From contig OZ024740.1 of assembly GCA_964016885.1 (NCBI GenBank), positions 248,806,001 to 248,870,000 of the forward strand: a stretch of DNA of 64,000 nt. Reading direction: 5' to 3'. This document shows positions 23,995 through 36,705 of this stretch, piece by piece. Within the stretch, counting starts at the first letter, position 1, and each line of letters opens with the position of its first letter. A program made the translations under genes and the position numbers. The stretch comes from Eledone cirrhosa. Lineage: Eukaryota. The notes under the pieces are model-generated. The model was given only the letters and a program-made list of their open reading frames with translations. It had not been told where the DNA came from and searched no databases.

Positions 23995-25047
23995 TTAAGT
24001 TGGTCTGAAATTATCGAATTTACTCGCTGTTTTATGTCTACAGAAAATTGTTCGTTCAATTTTGCTGTTAAGTAGCATTTTGTTATATTTTAAAATATGG
24101 AATAATTCCATATTGCAAAGTCTACAATGGGACATGCCTATTCTATAGGTAATTGCCGTTGACAACTTCACCCAGCTAATTCTGTATTCCTGGTTTGTAT
24201 CTTTGAGCTGCCAGATTTTATTGGCGAGCGTCGTTGTGTTCATTAATTTACGGTTATTTACAGAGTGTCTGTGGACATACTATCTTTTCTTGAATTCCCC
24301 CGCCGTCGAATCTATGTAGTGCCATGCTAAGTTGCCTGAATTTATAGTACATAGGTACACTATATTTGACTCCAGGCATCTATTTTGTAGTGGGCATTTA
24401 TCAGGTAAATGACAGTTACATTTTGATGCTTTCCTATGTGCCGGTTCCGTGATACGGTTTTGTATGTTGTTATGTATGGGCTGAGAAGTGGGTTTGTTGA
24501 TGTATTGTTGTGATGTGTTCTGACGTGTGTCTGGTTGTGATGTTGTTATGTGTTTGTGTTTTACATTAGGTGTCATGGTGCTTGTTTGCAGGCTATTTGT
24601 ATTAGAGATTCTTTTATAGTCAATTTTATGTATGTGCGATTCTATGTTGTTGACAGTGGAGTATGATACTTTGATAGTTTTTCTATTAAAGATGTTATGG
24701 TATTTGTGAAGTTTAGGGAAGTGCTTGTCAATTAATTTAAAGAAAGTAGAAGGTAGTTTGGTTTTGATAGAGGAGTTAAATATTGGATTGAACCATAAGT
24801 ATTTTCTATCTCTGCATCTTCTATAGTTTCTAGTGGTTCTTATATTAGTATTCGGTTCAATTATTTCTCGTGCTTGTTGCCAATTTCTATGTTTAGTCCT
24901 AGATTTATTGCTTCGATAAGTGTGGATAGTGTTATTGCTGTTAAGTGGGTTGTTATTGTTTGTATCTGGTATGTATTTGAGCCTCTCTTTATGGCCTGCC
25001 TTAAGTAAAGCTATGTTGTAGTAGTTAGCGTGTTCGTTAAAAATCAC
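23995..25047 (-). pseudogene. PLE linker plus GIY-YIG endonuclease (one premature TAG)
   Basis: ORFs 24280-25047 and 23995-24243 are in the same frame, split by a stop at a Trp/Tyr position. Confidence 0.85.
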
Positions 25048-25334
25048 TAGATTAGAAGATAAGCGTGAAATTCTAAGGGATATACTGTGTTATGGAGTTA
25101 ATTATGAAACGAGGGTGGTTTGAGTTATAATTAATGTAAGCTAGATTTTCATTATTTTTATGGAAGGGTTCTATTTGTTCTGTGTTTAGGTTAAGTGATA
25201 CGTCTAAAAAGTTAGCTTTTTTTAGAGTTGAGTTCAAAAGTGATGTTTAGGCCTAAGTTTTTGAAGAATGTTCTAATCTTTTTACGTAATCTTTCAAAGT
25301 TTTGATTATTTAGGTTTTTAGCTAAAAGTAATGA

Positions 25335-25453
25335 GAGAAATTTCATAGCGTTAGCGGAACTTTCTTCTGTCGTCTGTGTTATCACTATCTCTGCTGGTGC
25401 AGTCTGTGGCCGAGAAGGTGAGAGCCTGTAAGGCCAGGAGAGAGAGAGAGAGA

Positions 25454-25490
<37 letters not shown>

Positions 25491-25846
25491 TAAAAGGGCT
25501 GTAGACGCCTGTAAACCCCAATGGGTCTGTAGAAAATGAATGTGTTACATCGTTATTCTCTCCATGACTGCTGCTTCGTAGCTCCTGTCTTGTGGTTCTC
25601 TAAGCGACTGTATTTCTAATCTTACTATAGCTAGAAGGAAGTGTATATGGGTTGATTTAGGAGTAGCCATGTGTGTTTCATCTGTCAAGAGCCTGGGGTA
25701 ACAGGTCAAGCGGTATATACGTTTATCATAGTTGTCTCTTGACAGGAAAATGGTGAGAACTCCCAACAATAGGTGGTTTTAGAGGCGAGAACTTTTAGAT
25801 TCGGTTTCGAATCTTCGCCAGGTAAAACATAGGAAATTCCGTTACA
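25335..25846 (-). repeat. Partial LTR related to the gypsy element 1 LTR (diverged subfamily)
   Basis: The minus strand begins TGTAACGGAATTTCC..CTGGCGAAGATTCGAAA..CGCCTCTAAAACCACCTATTG, as in the LTR at 2073. Confidence 0.8.
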
Positions 25847-26453
25847 TATATATAATTTTTTCTGTTTTGTCTGAAAATACAAAAACATTCTTAGTGGATT
25901 TGAATGTTTTAATGTCATTTACAGGCGTATGCTGGAAGGAATTATGGTATTTACGAAATTTCAAAGAGCGAAAGATGTATAGGATGCCTCGATCTCAAAA
26001 GTAAACTGCTTGCTAAGTGGAAATACTCAACAAATTCGACTGATTTTGGACCGCCTTAATTTGATTTATATACTTTTGAAACAATTTTCCTGTCTTGTTC
26101 CACACTTACAAAACACAACATACTTTCTATACTCCTTTATTCCATACCTTAATAAATATTACCATCTCTGTATTAGATTTCACTACATAATACTTTACTT
26201 CTGCTATAGCACTCGAACACTAACACGTGTAAGATCTCGCGTTTCAAATTTACATCTTGGTGTTGTTTCCCTTTATGTGTTTCGTAAACTAACACGCATA
26301 ACTTTAACGGTATTTTATAAACTCGCTTAAGTGCCTGAAGATAGGTCACATTTTTTATCCCCCTTTCATTTCTAGAGATATAATCAATATTGGGCTTTGA
26401 AACCTCAGATACCGCTTTTGCTCCGTGTATAGACATAAATAAATAATATAATA

Positions 26454-26515
<62 letters not shown>

Positions 26516-26588
26516 AGTAAGGTTGCTAGGATGCGTCCATGTGCGTTATACCGGTTGAGCACTCTATGCTCCTTCGGAGCAGAGTATA

Positions 26589-26845
26589 ATAATATGAAAA
26601 ACGAAGAATCAGTGATGCCTCGGAACACAATTTATTATGTATTACAATTGTTTCTTCGACGAACAGCTCGTTGTGCGATCTGTTTGTGGATCGAACCTGA
26701 CTCAGGATTCGCAATCTGAGGAACTTGCGAATCCAGAGTCAAGTTCGATCCACAAACAGATCGCACCTCGAGTTGTTCGCCGGAGAAACAATTGTAATAC
26801 ATAATAAATTGTGTTCCGAGGCATCATTGATTCTTCATTTTCCAC

Positions 26846-26849
<4 letters not shown>
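26589..26849. repeat. Fold-back inverted repeat (about 125-bp arms, 10-bp spacer) built from an HHR-bearing pseudo-LTR
   Basis: Arms 26589-26714 and 26725-26849; spacer TCTGAGGAAC contains CTGAGGA; each arm carries GAAACAATTGTA..AATAAA. Confidence 0.8.
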
Positions 26850-26909
<60 letters not shown>

Positions 26910-26913
<4 letters not shown>

Positions 26914-27742
26914 ACGAAGGATATGTTTAATAATTTTAGATGGATATGTGTGGTTATTTAGATATGTGATAATAACAAGATTGTTAAATGTAATAACAAA
27001 ATTGTTAGAGGAAATAACATGAATAATAAGTATAATAAGAATATAAAGAATAAATGATTTGGTTATATATAGTTTACTTCACGTGAATCAATTAAAAAGT
27101 ACATATAAAACAGTTACCAAGAGTTGTTAATGTAGTTATTGCTGCTGATGTGAGGCTGTTGTAGTCTGTTGTTGTTGTTGGTGTGAAAACAGCGAGCAAC
27201 AGATAATTGTTGTTGTTGTTGGAGTGAAAACAGCGAACGACAGATAATTGTTGTTGTTGTTGGAATTTGGAGTCCGTGGTAGTAGTTGTGAGACCGTAGT
27301 TAGTAAGAGAGAGAGAAATATGGTTTGTATATCTCTGAATGGTCTGTAATTGGTGGTAAACCACTGTGGCTTGTACATGGTCTGTAGTAGTAGGGCTCCA
27401 ATCTCTGTGTGTGTATCTGTAGACCTCAAGGGGTCTGTTGATAGTGGTGAATCCTTACATAGTTAGTTGCTAGCGTAATGCTCCGATGTCTCTGGCTTTT
27501 CTGTAGACCTCTGGGATCTGAAGTTAGCGGTTAATCTTTACATAGTTAGTTGTGTATCCTATCGCTCCGATGTCTCTGTGTGTAAAGTGGGAAAATATAG
27601 GCTTTATATAGCTATCGCTTCCTGTCTCCCCACCTTGAGGGGATAGCCAACGCATCAACCTGTCTACACCAAAAGGGTGTTGACCTAGAATTTAACCTTT
27701 AGGTATCACCCAAAGTTCAAGGCGCGGACAGATTTCGCTACA
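26910..27742 (-). repeat. Probable solo LTR in (TA)n, TG...AA termini
   Basis: The minus strand starts TGTAGCGAAATC and ends CCTTCGTTAAA, the same end as the LTRs at 28427 and 30704; TATA on both sides. Confidence 0.6.
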
Positions 27743-27913
27743 TATATATAATTTTGAGCATGTGTTGGTTGTTTACCGACACTTCAGTATGCAGCTGGAG
27801 CACTCAACGAAGTGCGCAGGTTGGTTTGTTTACTCCGGAGTAATGTAAAAACAGGAAGTGCAAGTCAATAGGGTAAAATTAGCTTCGTTTATTCATATTC
27901 ACTGCTATATATA

Positions 27914-30704
27914 TGTAGTGACCTACATTCCGAGGGCTCATGGATACATTCTCCGTACGTTGTTTGGCTCAGTTCAGCCAATCGCTATCAGCGTAGGAGA
28001 ATGTATCTCGACTTCCGCCCACAAGGAAAAATTCCCGAGGCAATGCAAAAATCTCTCTCTTGCTGCTTTGGACTCTGAAAGGTGAACACGTAACGGTGAG
28101 ATTTTCACTTTGTACTGTCGACCACCTTTGGCCCGGCACAGCGCCTTTTCTTTACTTCTTAAAACTCTTAATGTTGTTTGTTCTTTTCTTTGACTTGTCA
28201 ACCCAGCTTAACTTTTGTGGTCGGTTGTAAATAAAGCTTGTAAAATATTATAAAGTCTCATAATATTATTTTCTACAAAGCCTACAATGAACTTCAACCT
28301 TTTCATCAAACATTCACTTTATGGCTAACTTTGCCTCTCTCTCAATTAACAAACGTTACATTTCTCACTATAACAAATAACAACCATGTTATCATCATAA
28401 TAACCACTAAAAATACCCTTCGTTAAATTGGTTACCCCAGCGTGATTTTAATAAAAAAACAAAAAACGAAGTGGTATTTTAAAAAAAAAAAGAAAACAAC
28501 ACGCAACCTTTTTTTCTACGATATGATAAAACTTCACTTTTTCAAATTATTCACCAAACTTCTATTCTACGGAATATTTACAGTGACTTCGCCTTGATTT
28601 TTCGATTCATTACCAAACACTTCACCACGTGCTTCGTAAACAACAATAACATATATTCTTTCTTATTAATATTATGCCATGTAGGCATAACATTATTTTT
28701 CTGCTAAAATAGTGACCCCCGACGGAGGTATATTTAAGTACGAAATATTCCTTTCAAAGAAAAAAAAAATTAGCAGTATTTCAAAGAATTTCAACACGAG
28801 GAAAATATTTTCAAAATGGCTATCACCAAGTACTCCTCTACTAGCACCATCAGCAGCAACTGACGCAACATAGTGACACCTTTGTAGTTATACCGCCGCA
28901 ACCACCACCACCACAACGGATAGCAATATCAACAACAGCAGCAGCGACAACATTGGTTAACCACTAACCATAAACAACGCATGGTGAATTCGACGCTTGA
29001 AAATCTTGACTGCTGTACAAAACTTCACGATTCATCGATGTTTCTAACGTCCGACATGATTCGAACTCACAGCTTTTCTCACGACACTATGGCGTCAGAC
29101 GTGACTTGCATATTTGTGACTCTAAGCTCTTCAACACTCGACTTCGATTCTACTGAAGATCGCTTCGATAGCAGCAACAACAACAACAATTCTACTAGCT
29201 TCCTAGTAAGAGCGATAACATTCTTATCCCAAAGAAATTTCAAGGAAAAGAAAAATTGAACTTTTTGTTAAAAAACAATTCTTTCTTTTTTTACAGGCAA
29301 TGTTTGGACATTTATTTCTTTTAAACTGTATAATATGAAAATTCATTTTTTTCTATCATTGTATATATGACTGTACGCACACATATTCTTTGCTGTATTA
29401 CATACCTGCATATGCACACACATTTCTTTGTCAGACACCAACATGTTGTTGTCTATAGTATATGATGTTCAAGCGTAACAACATCCATCTTGTTACTTTA
29501 CCCGACTCACTGGGAAAACAACAAATGGAACTGGACCTGTTAGCATTTCCACCATTTCTCCTATGGATTCGCCAGAATTATGGAATTACCGCTTCAACTA
29601 CTACCCACCTACAGATTCAACTTGCTTTTTTTTCTTTTCAAAGCAACTAGCCATTTTTTTCTGGCTGCCTAGCACTTCCGGAAATTCATCTGGGAGGTCG
29701 ACAATTTCTCGCCTACCCATCATCTTCTTCCCAGCTTGGCTACAACATTTACCATACCAGCTCCAGCTATACAGCTCTGGTATAACATTTACCATAACAG
29801 TTCTGGTATAAGACTTACCATAACAGCTATACAGCTCTGGTAAAGCATGAACAGCACCATCATTGACAACAGCTACTGGTAAATTACCATAACAGCTTCA
29901 TCCACAGCTCTGGTACAACACTTACCATAACAGCTAACATTTAATGCAAGAACAGCAACTTTGCCCATATCAGACTTTATTCGTTTTCTGTTAGACCCCA
30001 GGTGCTCACGCATAAATAGCAAAACAGCTAGTCATTTGACACAGCGGCTCAACACGGCCCTTAGCGCCTCATTTTTCTTCTTGCATGCATTCTTTGTTCA
30101 ATTTTTTCATTGATGAGCTCTCTTTCAGCATTTTTCCTGCTGATTCAATCTTATACATCGTCTTGCAGACTAGATTGGGGGTATTGTAGTGATCTACATT
30201 CCGAGGGCTCATGGATACATTCTCCGTACGTTGTTTGGCTCAGTTCAGTCAATCGCTATCAGCGTATGAGAATGTATCTCGACTTCCGCCCATAGGGAAA
30301 AATTCCCGCGGCAATGCAAAAATCTCTCTCTTGCTGCTTTGGACTCTGAAAGGTGAAGACGCAATAAAACGGTGAGATTTTCACTTTGGCCTGTCGGCCG
30401 CCTTTGGCCCCGGCACAGCGCCTTTTCTTTACGTCTTAAAACTCTTAATTTTGTTTGTTCTCTTCTTTGACTTGTCAACCCAGCTTAACATTTGTGGTCG
30501 GTTGTAAATAAAGCTTGTAAAATATTATAAAGTCTCATAATATTATTTTCTACAAAGCCTACAATGAACTTCAACTACTTCAACAAACATTCACTTTATG
30601 GCTAACTTTGCCTCTCTCTCACTTAACAAACCTTACATTTCTCACTATAACAAATCACAACCATGTTATCATCATAATAACCACTAAAAATACCCTTCGT
30701 TAAA
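27914..30704 (+). mobile_element. Non-autonomous LTR retrotransposon with a non-coding 1.75-kb interior
   Basis: Direct repeats 27914-28427 and 30185-30704, PBS TGGTTACCCC at 28429, purine-rich AGATTGGGGG before the 3' LTR, TATA TSD, no gag/pol-like ORF. Confidence 0.88.
29740..29940 (+). repeat. Degenerate short tandem repeats inside the non-autonomous LTR element
   Basis: Recurring TTACCATAACAGCT and ACAGCTCTGGTA. Confidence 0.7.
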
Positions 30705-30755
30705 TATATTTCGGTGATAGCCATTATTCAACAGCTATGACCTCATCAGGCAGTA
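30705..30755 (-). ncRNA. Type I hammerhead split by the LTR insertion (remainder at 27901-27913)
   Basis: Rejoined minus strand ACTGC-CTGATGA-GGTCATAGC..GCTATCACC-GAAA-TATATATA-GCAGT. Confidence 0.8.
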
Positions 30756-30907
30756 AGAACTTGAATAGAAAAAAAACAGGAAAATAGGATATGCTTTCAG
30801 TTCCTTAGAGGACTAACACCACGCTCTGGATCTGAACATATCAATGGATTAACAAGGTAAAATCTATTACAACATTATGTTTTCCTGTTTTTTCTGATCA
30901 AGTTCTT

Positions 30908-30966
30908 ACTGCCTGATGAGGTCATAGCTGTTGAATAATGGCTATCACTGAAATATATATAGCAGT
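30908..30966 (+). ncRNA. Type I hammerhead (inverted partner copy)
   Basis: ACTGC-CTGATGA-GGTCATAGC..GCTATCACT-GAAA-TATATATA-GCAGT, then AATAAA. Confidence 0.82.
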
Positions 30967-31007
30967 GAATATGAATAAACGAAGCTAATTTTGCCGTTAC
31001 ACTTCTT

Positions 31008-31114
<107 letters not shown>

Positions 31115-31699
31115 AATTAGGGGAGAACTTTTTAAAATTTCAATCTAAACATTTCAGTGATAATATGCAAAAACATAAGAATAGAGTTAGCGAATGTGAT
31201 CATTGAGAGATATGATGACAATTCCAGAACTGTTTCAGTCTCATTGGACCGCCTCAGGTATAAACCGTTGATAGCTGTCAAGACTAATAGAAGTAGCATT
31301 TTGCTTCATTGATGAGGCGAATTAAAATAATGATAAAAATATAGGCATACATTTCATCATCATCATTATCATCGATATCATATAAACAGTTAATTTCTTA
31401 AAACCTATGTCAAATCCACACAGTCTGTCTTTCTATTCCTCTCTACTCCTTTTTCTTTGTCTCTATCTCTCTTTCGTAGTTTATTTCTATCCATTTCTCT
31501 CTAACAATTCATCACCCCATCTTATCTCTCTGCGGTTCCCTCTCCCTATTCCTTCTACTTTTCAATCCATTTCTCTCTCCCTCCTCTGCCTCTTCCTTTC
31601 TCCTATGTATCTATTTTTTTTCACCCTTCCTTTTTTTCTCCCTACCTGCCTTTTTGTGTCTCTTTCTCAATGTGATGCTTCATAAGAACTGGATTTTTT

Positions 31700-32680
31700 A
31701 AAGATTCATCCATCAAATTCTCGGGTCCCAAATAATAGTGGGTGTTGGAATAAGCGGGTGGGGGAATTATTCGAGACCCGAAAGTAAACGCTATGTGTGT
31801 GTGAAAGTATAAGATAGGGACAGTGACATTGATGAAAGAAAGCTGTTTCCATTTTGTGTGTGTGTGTGCGGGCGCGTGCGAGTGTGTGTGTGACAAAAAA
31901 ATAAACAGTAAAAAATCATCCAAATTCTCGTTTTACCGTTCTTGCATAATATATGAAGATTTCTAGGTGTTTCCACTCAGGAACAACCTGCATATAACTG
32001 TCCATGGGTAAAAAGCGATTCTCTCATATTCAATTCTACAATTTTGAAACTCTGAGCCTGAGTTTTATTTATGGTCATAGCAAAACTGGCTCTAACAGGG
32101 AACTAAAGTCTTGAGAATTTGAATGGCAGCTCGGTAGAAGAAGGGATAAGAGGAATCCTGAGAATAAATGCATTTTCTCCTTGATGATTGCCTCCAAGAA
32201 TAGTGACCTCTGATGATTCATCACCATCTTGGCTGTAAAGTGTGTGCAATTGCATAAAAATAGCGGGTCCACGTTTCTCAAAAGGATGATGGAAGTTCCA
32301 ATATTTTATCATCATCATTCATCATCATTTCATTTTACGTCCGCTTTTCCCTGCTTGCAAGGGTGGGACGGGAACTGATTCTGGCTTGATTTCTACAGCT
32401 GGATGCCCTTCCTAACACCAACCTCATTTACAATGAGTGCTGGCTGCTTTTTTGCCGTGGCACCTCCACGACCACTTTGCAGTGGAATGATAGGGACCCC
32501 AGTCCCTATCATCTCATTTCTAAAGTGTCTTGCTCAAGGAAACAACACATCACCCGGTCTGAGAATTGAACTCACAACCTTTCGATTGCAAGCCCAATGC
32601 TCTAACCATTAAGCCATGTGCCCCCATTTTTTAAATATTATATGTAAATATAGAAATAGATAATTAGATATAGATAATTG
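31700..32680 (-). mobile_element. Non-autonomous Helitron remnant with helicase C-terminal fragments, interrupted by a SINE
   Basis: ILRIPLIPSSTELPFKFSRL.FP, INKTQAQS and HGQLYAGCS remnants; shares blocks with 50180-50400. Confidence 0.65.
32308..32625 (-). mobile_element. SINE family B, tRNA-derived, (ATG)n tail
   Basis: Minus strand TGGCTTAATGGTTAGAGC (A box), GAGTTCAATTC (B box), TCCTTGAGCAAGACACTT and GTTAGGAAGGGCATCCAGCTGTAGAAA. Confidence 0.82.
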
Positions 32681-32714
32681 TATATAAATGTGTGCGCACG
32701 CGAGTGTATATACG

Positions 32715-32745
<31 letters not shown>

Positions 32746-33507
32746 GTAAACCAGCGTTCGAAATGGACACGCTGGCCACGAAACACGACATCACTAACAA
32801 TGAATGCGCAGAGAGAATCCCTTGTGGTTGATCCCCAGCCTGCTAGAAATAGCAGTCAGCTTGGTTAGCATACCCGGGTTGTTTTTCTTCTTTGATGTTA
32901 TAAAATTATAAAATAAAAAGATTTATGTTGACACTCTCGGGGTCTTGTAATTTGATTGAATTGGTTGAGCCGTTTGGGAATATATAAGGGAAAAACAGAC
33001 AGACAGAAGGACAAAGGATTTTATAGAGAGAGAGATAATGCTATGCTATTCGTATTGAGCGCATATCTCTAGCATGATGCATGAGACGCGGAATAAAGTT
33101 GTATGGAGCTACTGGCCGAAAATTACAATGAAACCATTGCCTATTATGTGGAGCCCTTTTTGGCTACAGCACGCTAGGTCCTCATTCCAATATATCACTG
33201 TAAATGTACAACCAATTAATTTCTAACATGAAAGATAACTTTTATGAGAACTCCAATAGTGTCTATTAAACCGAATGTGCCTACATTAAAATCATTCCTG
33301 GGCTATTAATAGCCACTTTCCTGCTTCGACAATGCTGGATATTCTGCTATTATTTTGTCTTTAATGGTTTTTAGTCAAGTATATCGTTTTAGTACAGAGG
33401 TTCTCAAATTTTTTGGGCCACCATAAAGTAATATCGTCAACGCCCCCACCCCTATTTCCAGAGAGAGACATGCCTATACGCAAATTGTAAATAATATAAG
33501 TAGTGAG

Positions 33508-34227
33508 GGGGGGTCACTATTATGTAGTGAATAGATGTATTATTTGCAGGATGAATGATAAAAAGAATGATGAAGAATTGTGATGTTGTTGACAACGTTT
33601 ATTTTATAATAATAAAATTCACTTGTTGGTACATCGAATATTGAGTAATAAAATCGTGACATTAATTATTACTACATTAATTGTCTTACTAGCTACTTCG
33701 AGCTAGCGTGAATGCATGTATCAAAGAAAACGATACAGTAGCTGTGTTATACTTTACAGTAGTAGAGAAATGGCAGGAAGTCAAAAGGATAGATAAAGTG
33801 TAGGAGGGAACAATAGAAGGAAACCTATTGCATGTGTATGTGTGTTAATCCTTAGCATACGTGGTTTCTGTAGAAGTGGTCAATCTGTCGAGCTTGTATG
33901 AAATGTGAGAGGATAGAAGGGAGAAGACTGATTTAGTGAAGGGAATCTATAGTGTTAATAGAACTGTTCTTCTGTCGTCTGAATCAATCCCTATCCCTGG
34001 TTTGGTTCTCGAAGCGATTGTATTTATAAGAATACTATAGCTAGAAGGATGTGTATATGGTTTTTGAAATAGGGGCCATGTATCTATCGTCTGGGGTCAC
34101 AGGTCACATAGTTGTCTTTTGACAGGACAATGGTAAGAAAACCTAACAATAGGTGGTTTTAGAGGCGAGAAATTTTAGATTCGATTTCGAATCTTCGCCA
34201 GGTAAAACACAGAAGAATTCCGTTACA
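33508..34227 (-). repeat. LTR of the gypsy element 1 family with a PBS remnant
   Basis: 33523-34227 is the reverse complement of 2073-2806 with small deletions; TAATAGTGACCCC follows, so this is a 5' LTR whose interior was lost. Confidence 0.9.
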
Positions 34228-34249
34228 TATATATAATAAATAAAACCCT

Positions 34250-36705
34250 TAATTTATATAAATAATATATACTATGTATAGATATATCTATATATATAAG
34301 AAAGTTACAAAAATATTTAGTGGGTCTCTACTCTAGATTACTATCACCATAAGGATATGGTCCGAACGTGGAAGAGCTGATCTCCCACTGTCATCGCCTC
34401 CATCGATCTCACTTTCCCCACCTCGTTATGGTGAGCAAATGGGGTCCCACGTTCTGGTCTCCCCACAGCCCCGGCGTACAGAATGGAGAAGGCGTTTCCC
34501 CGGAGGAGGGTAAGGGAGATGCACTGAAAGAGCCATTCTAACTCGCGAGGCTCACACCTGCGGCTGGCCAGCTCAGCGCCTATGGTGGTGAATATGGAGG
34601 TTGCCCTAGGGCAAAGGACACCAGAAGTCTCCACTGCCAAGGACACGACCGCAAACCTGTCGGAGAGCGACCGGTTCTTGGAGAGTTTGCCCTCCTCAGC
34701 CCGACGTGCAGCAGAACCTGAGTTAGTCGCAGACTGCACCAGGCTGCGGCTGGTGAATGTGTCGCTGCAAGTGGAATCCCAGACAAGGGGTTTGCCACTG
34801 CGGAACGGGAAAATGGTCATGCCGTCTGGCCTTTTGCCGTCCCCTCGGTCCAGCCCCATCGGCTCGAGCTGGGAGGGGAGCCTGCAGCATTCAAGCCATG
34901 CTTTATGACCTCGTTGAGGGCAGCATGGCGTATGGCGACAGGAAAGCGGGTGTAGACCGAAAGAGTCCACGGTGGATCCACAGCGACATTTATGTGGATC
35001 GCAGATCCGGAGGCCAAGCCTCAGGGAAACGCCGATGCGCAGGCTATCGTTATCCAGCTGTGTGCCAGTGGAGAAGGAGGGCAAGGCATGGAGCCAGGCA
35101 CTACTGTGGGGTTTGGAGGCCACACGAAAACATGAAAGGCGGTGCTGGTCAAGCTGGCGCATGAGCCTGTCTGAGGCCAGGCTCCACTGGATGGCATCCC
35201 AAATGCTTTGGCGGGACTTGGCGTCAGCAGGGGCAATAGGAGGAGGGACGTCTACTGGGCTAAGTCCCAGCCGCAGCCGGTCCCACGTCTCGCAGGCGGC
35301 CTCACGATCCCCGATCACAGAGGGTTCCATTGTGTTTTGGAGAACCCTGCTGACGAGGACGCGGCATGAGGTTACCAACGAAAGAAACGCCAGCAAGATC
35401 GAGGACCGGAGGCCACGACCACCATATCTAACAGGTAAAGTGGGCTGTTGCCATCCAATGTCGTCAAACCTGTTGTTACATATCTACTCAGCTACCACTC
35501 GGATACAAGTATCGAGGTCAGCGAGGAGCGATATGTGGCTGTAGCACGGAGCGCTGCGAAGGGTATAGAGGTGCTTCGGCATCGCGAATCAGTTCCTCAA
35601 CAGGAACAGGGCTGGGTGGCCGTCAATCAAGCCCAGTCGGCTCGTGAGGGTCTTGAGTTGCTGAAGCCTGGACCTGATGGTGGAGCGGATGGCCGGTGGG
35701 TGGATCGGTGACCCGAGGATGAGGACATCCTCTTTGGGGGTCACCTGTACCTAGTGGAGTATGGACCGCACGTCCGAGATGGAGGCTGCAAAGCTCTCAG
35801 TATCGTGGTTGACATTCACCACCTCTGACTTGGACGAGTTGACTTGGAGGCCGATTCCTGCCAGGGCAGGAACCACCGATTGTAGGTCATGGCAGACAGT
35901 CTCTACGGTCCCGACCAGGTCGGAGATAATCAGCACCTCAGGCTGCTGCTAGCTGGGAAGGACTTGATGTCAGACATGATGTCTGCGTCAGAAGCCAAAA
36001 GGAGCAAGTGGGGATCGGGTGGGGGTATGGGTCTAAGGTCAGCGGGTGGATCGGGGTGATTGAGTGGCAGGGCAGCCAGGACCTCCTCGGAGGGTTGGAG
36101 GACAGTGACCTCTGAGGCAACCGCTCTGAATGCGGCCAAGACATCACCCATGATTAGTTTTGCATTTACGCGGTCACGTAAACACTTGGCGCTGGCCTCA
36201 GGGATGGAGGATTGAAGACACTCGAGAGCAGTGAGTGTGGCGTCCTTCAGCACGCTTGGGATGGGCACTTGCCCCAAACATTGGCCCTGACAAAGGTTAC
36301 TGTCACAGGCCGCCTCGGTCAGCGCCAGAGTTGGGGAGGCCGAGGGCGAGTGGGGCGAAATAAACGAGGCACTCCCAGTCGCTGGCTCGATTAGGGTCCA
36401 GGGTCCTCTCAATTGAGGAAGCGAGGGCATCGGCTACCGGCACCCGGGCCGCTCTCGGGAGCTTGAGCGGAATGTTCCGGAGCCGCCTAAGCCGAGCGAT
36501 GTTGTTCAGCGAGGCTTGTGTATCAGACAAGCTTGCTGTCTCATCTGGTGGAGTGCCAGACGGCCGCGGTTGGGCAGACGAGGGGAAGAGACAGTTGCTG
36601 CATCTCCACGCTGCGAGGAAACTGGAGGCTCGACGCGTTAAGCCAACACAAGTGAGGTCAGGTTGCCTGTGAACCTTCACAATACCAGTTCTCTTTGAAC
36701 ATGGC
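34250..36705 (-). mobile_element. CRE-like non-LTR retrotransposon (RLE endonuclease), RT core largely deleted
   Basis: AWLHALPS..G..LDN..LRIGVSLRLG, C.C....D..G.H.LSC, RH..LN, DGKRPDG.T, LVWD.TC, AVETSG; Cys-rich N-terminal segment ending WRCSNC. Confidence 0.82.

Larger units (their letters stand above)
22960..25330 (-). mobile_element. Penelope-like element (Naiad-like), 5'-truncated
   Basis: RT thumb remnants, WFNP.F, LIDKHFP, IFNR.TIKVSYS, CNC...CPL...CL, GIY-YIG (IVY..YID), CRLC, LN..E...CRH; an HHR and AATAAA at the 3' end. Confidence 0.88.

Noticed and set aside
34582-35711. Multiple plus-strand ORFs over GC-rich TE interiors (also 8244-11419 and 43184-44805)
   Set aside because: They are antisense or off-frame ORFs expected in GC-rich coding DNA, with no independent motifs.
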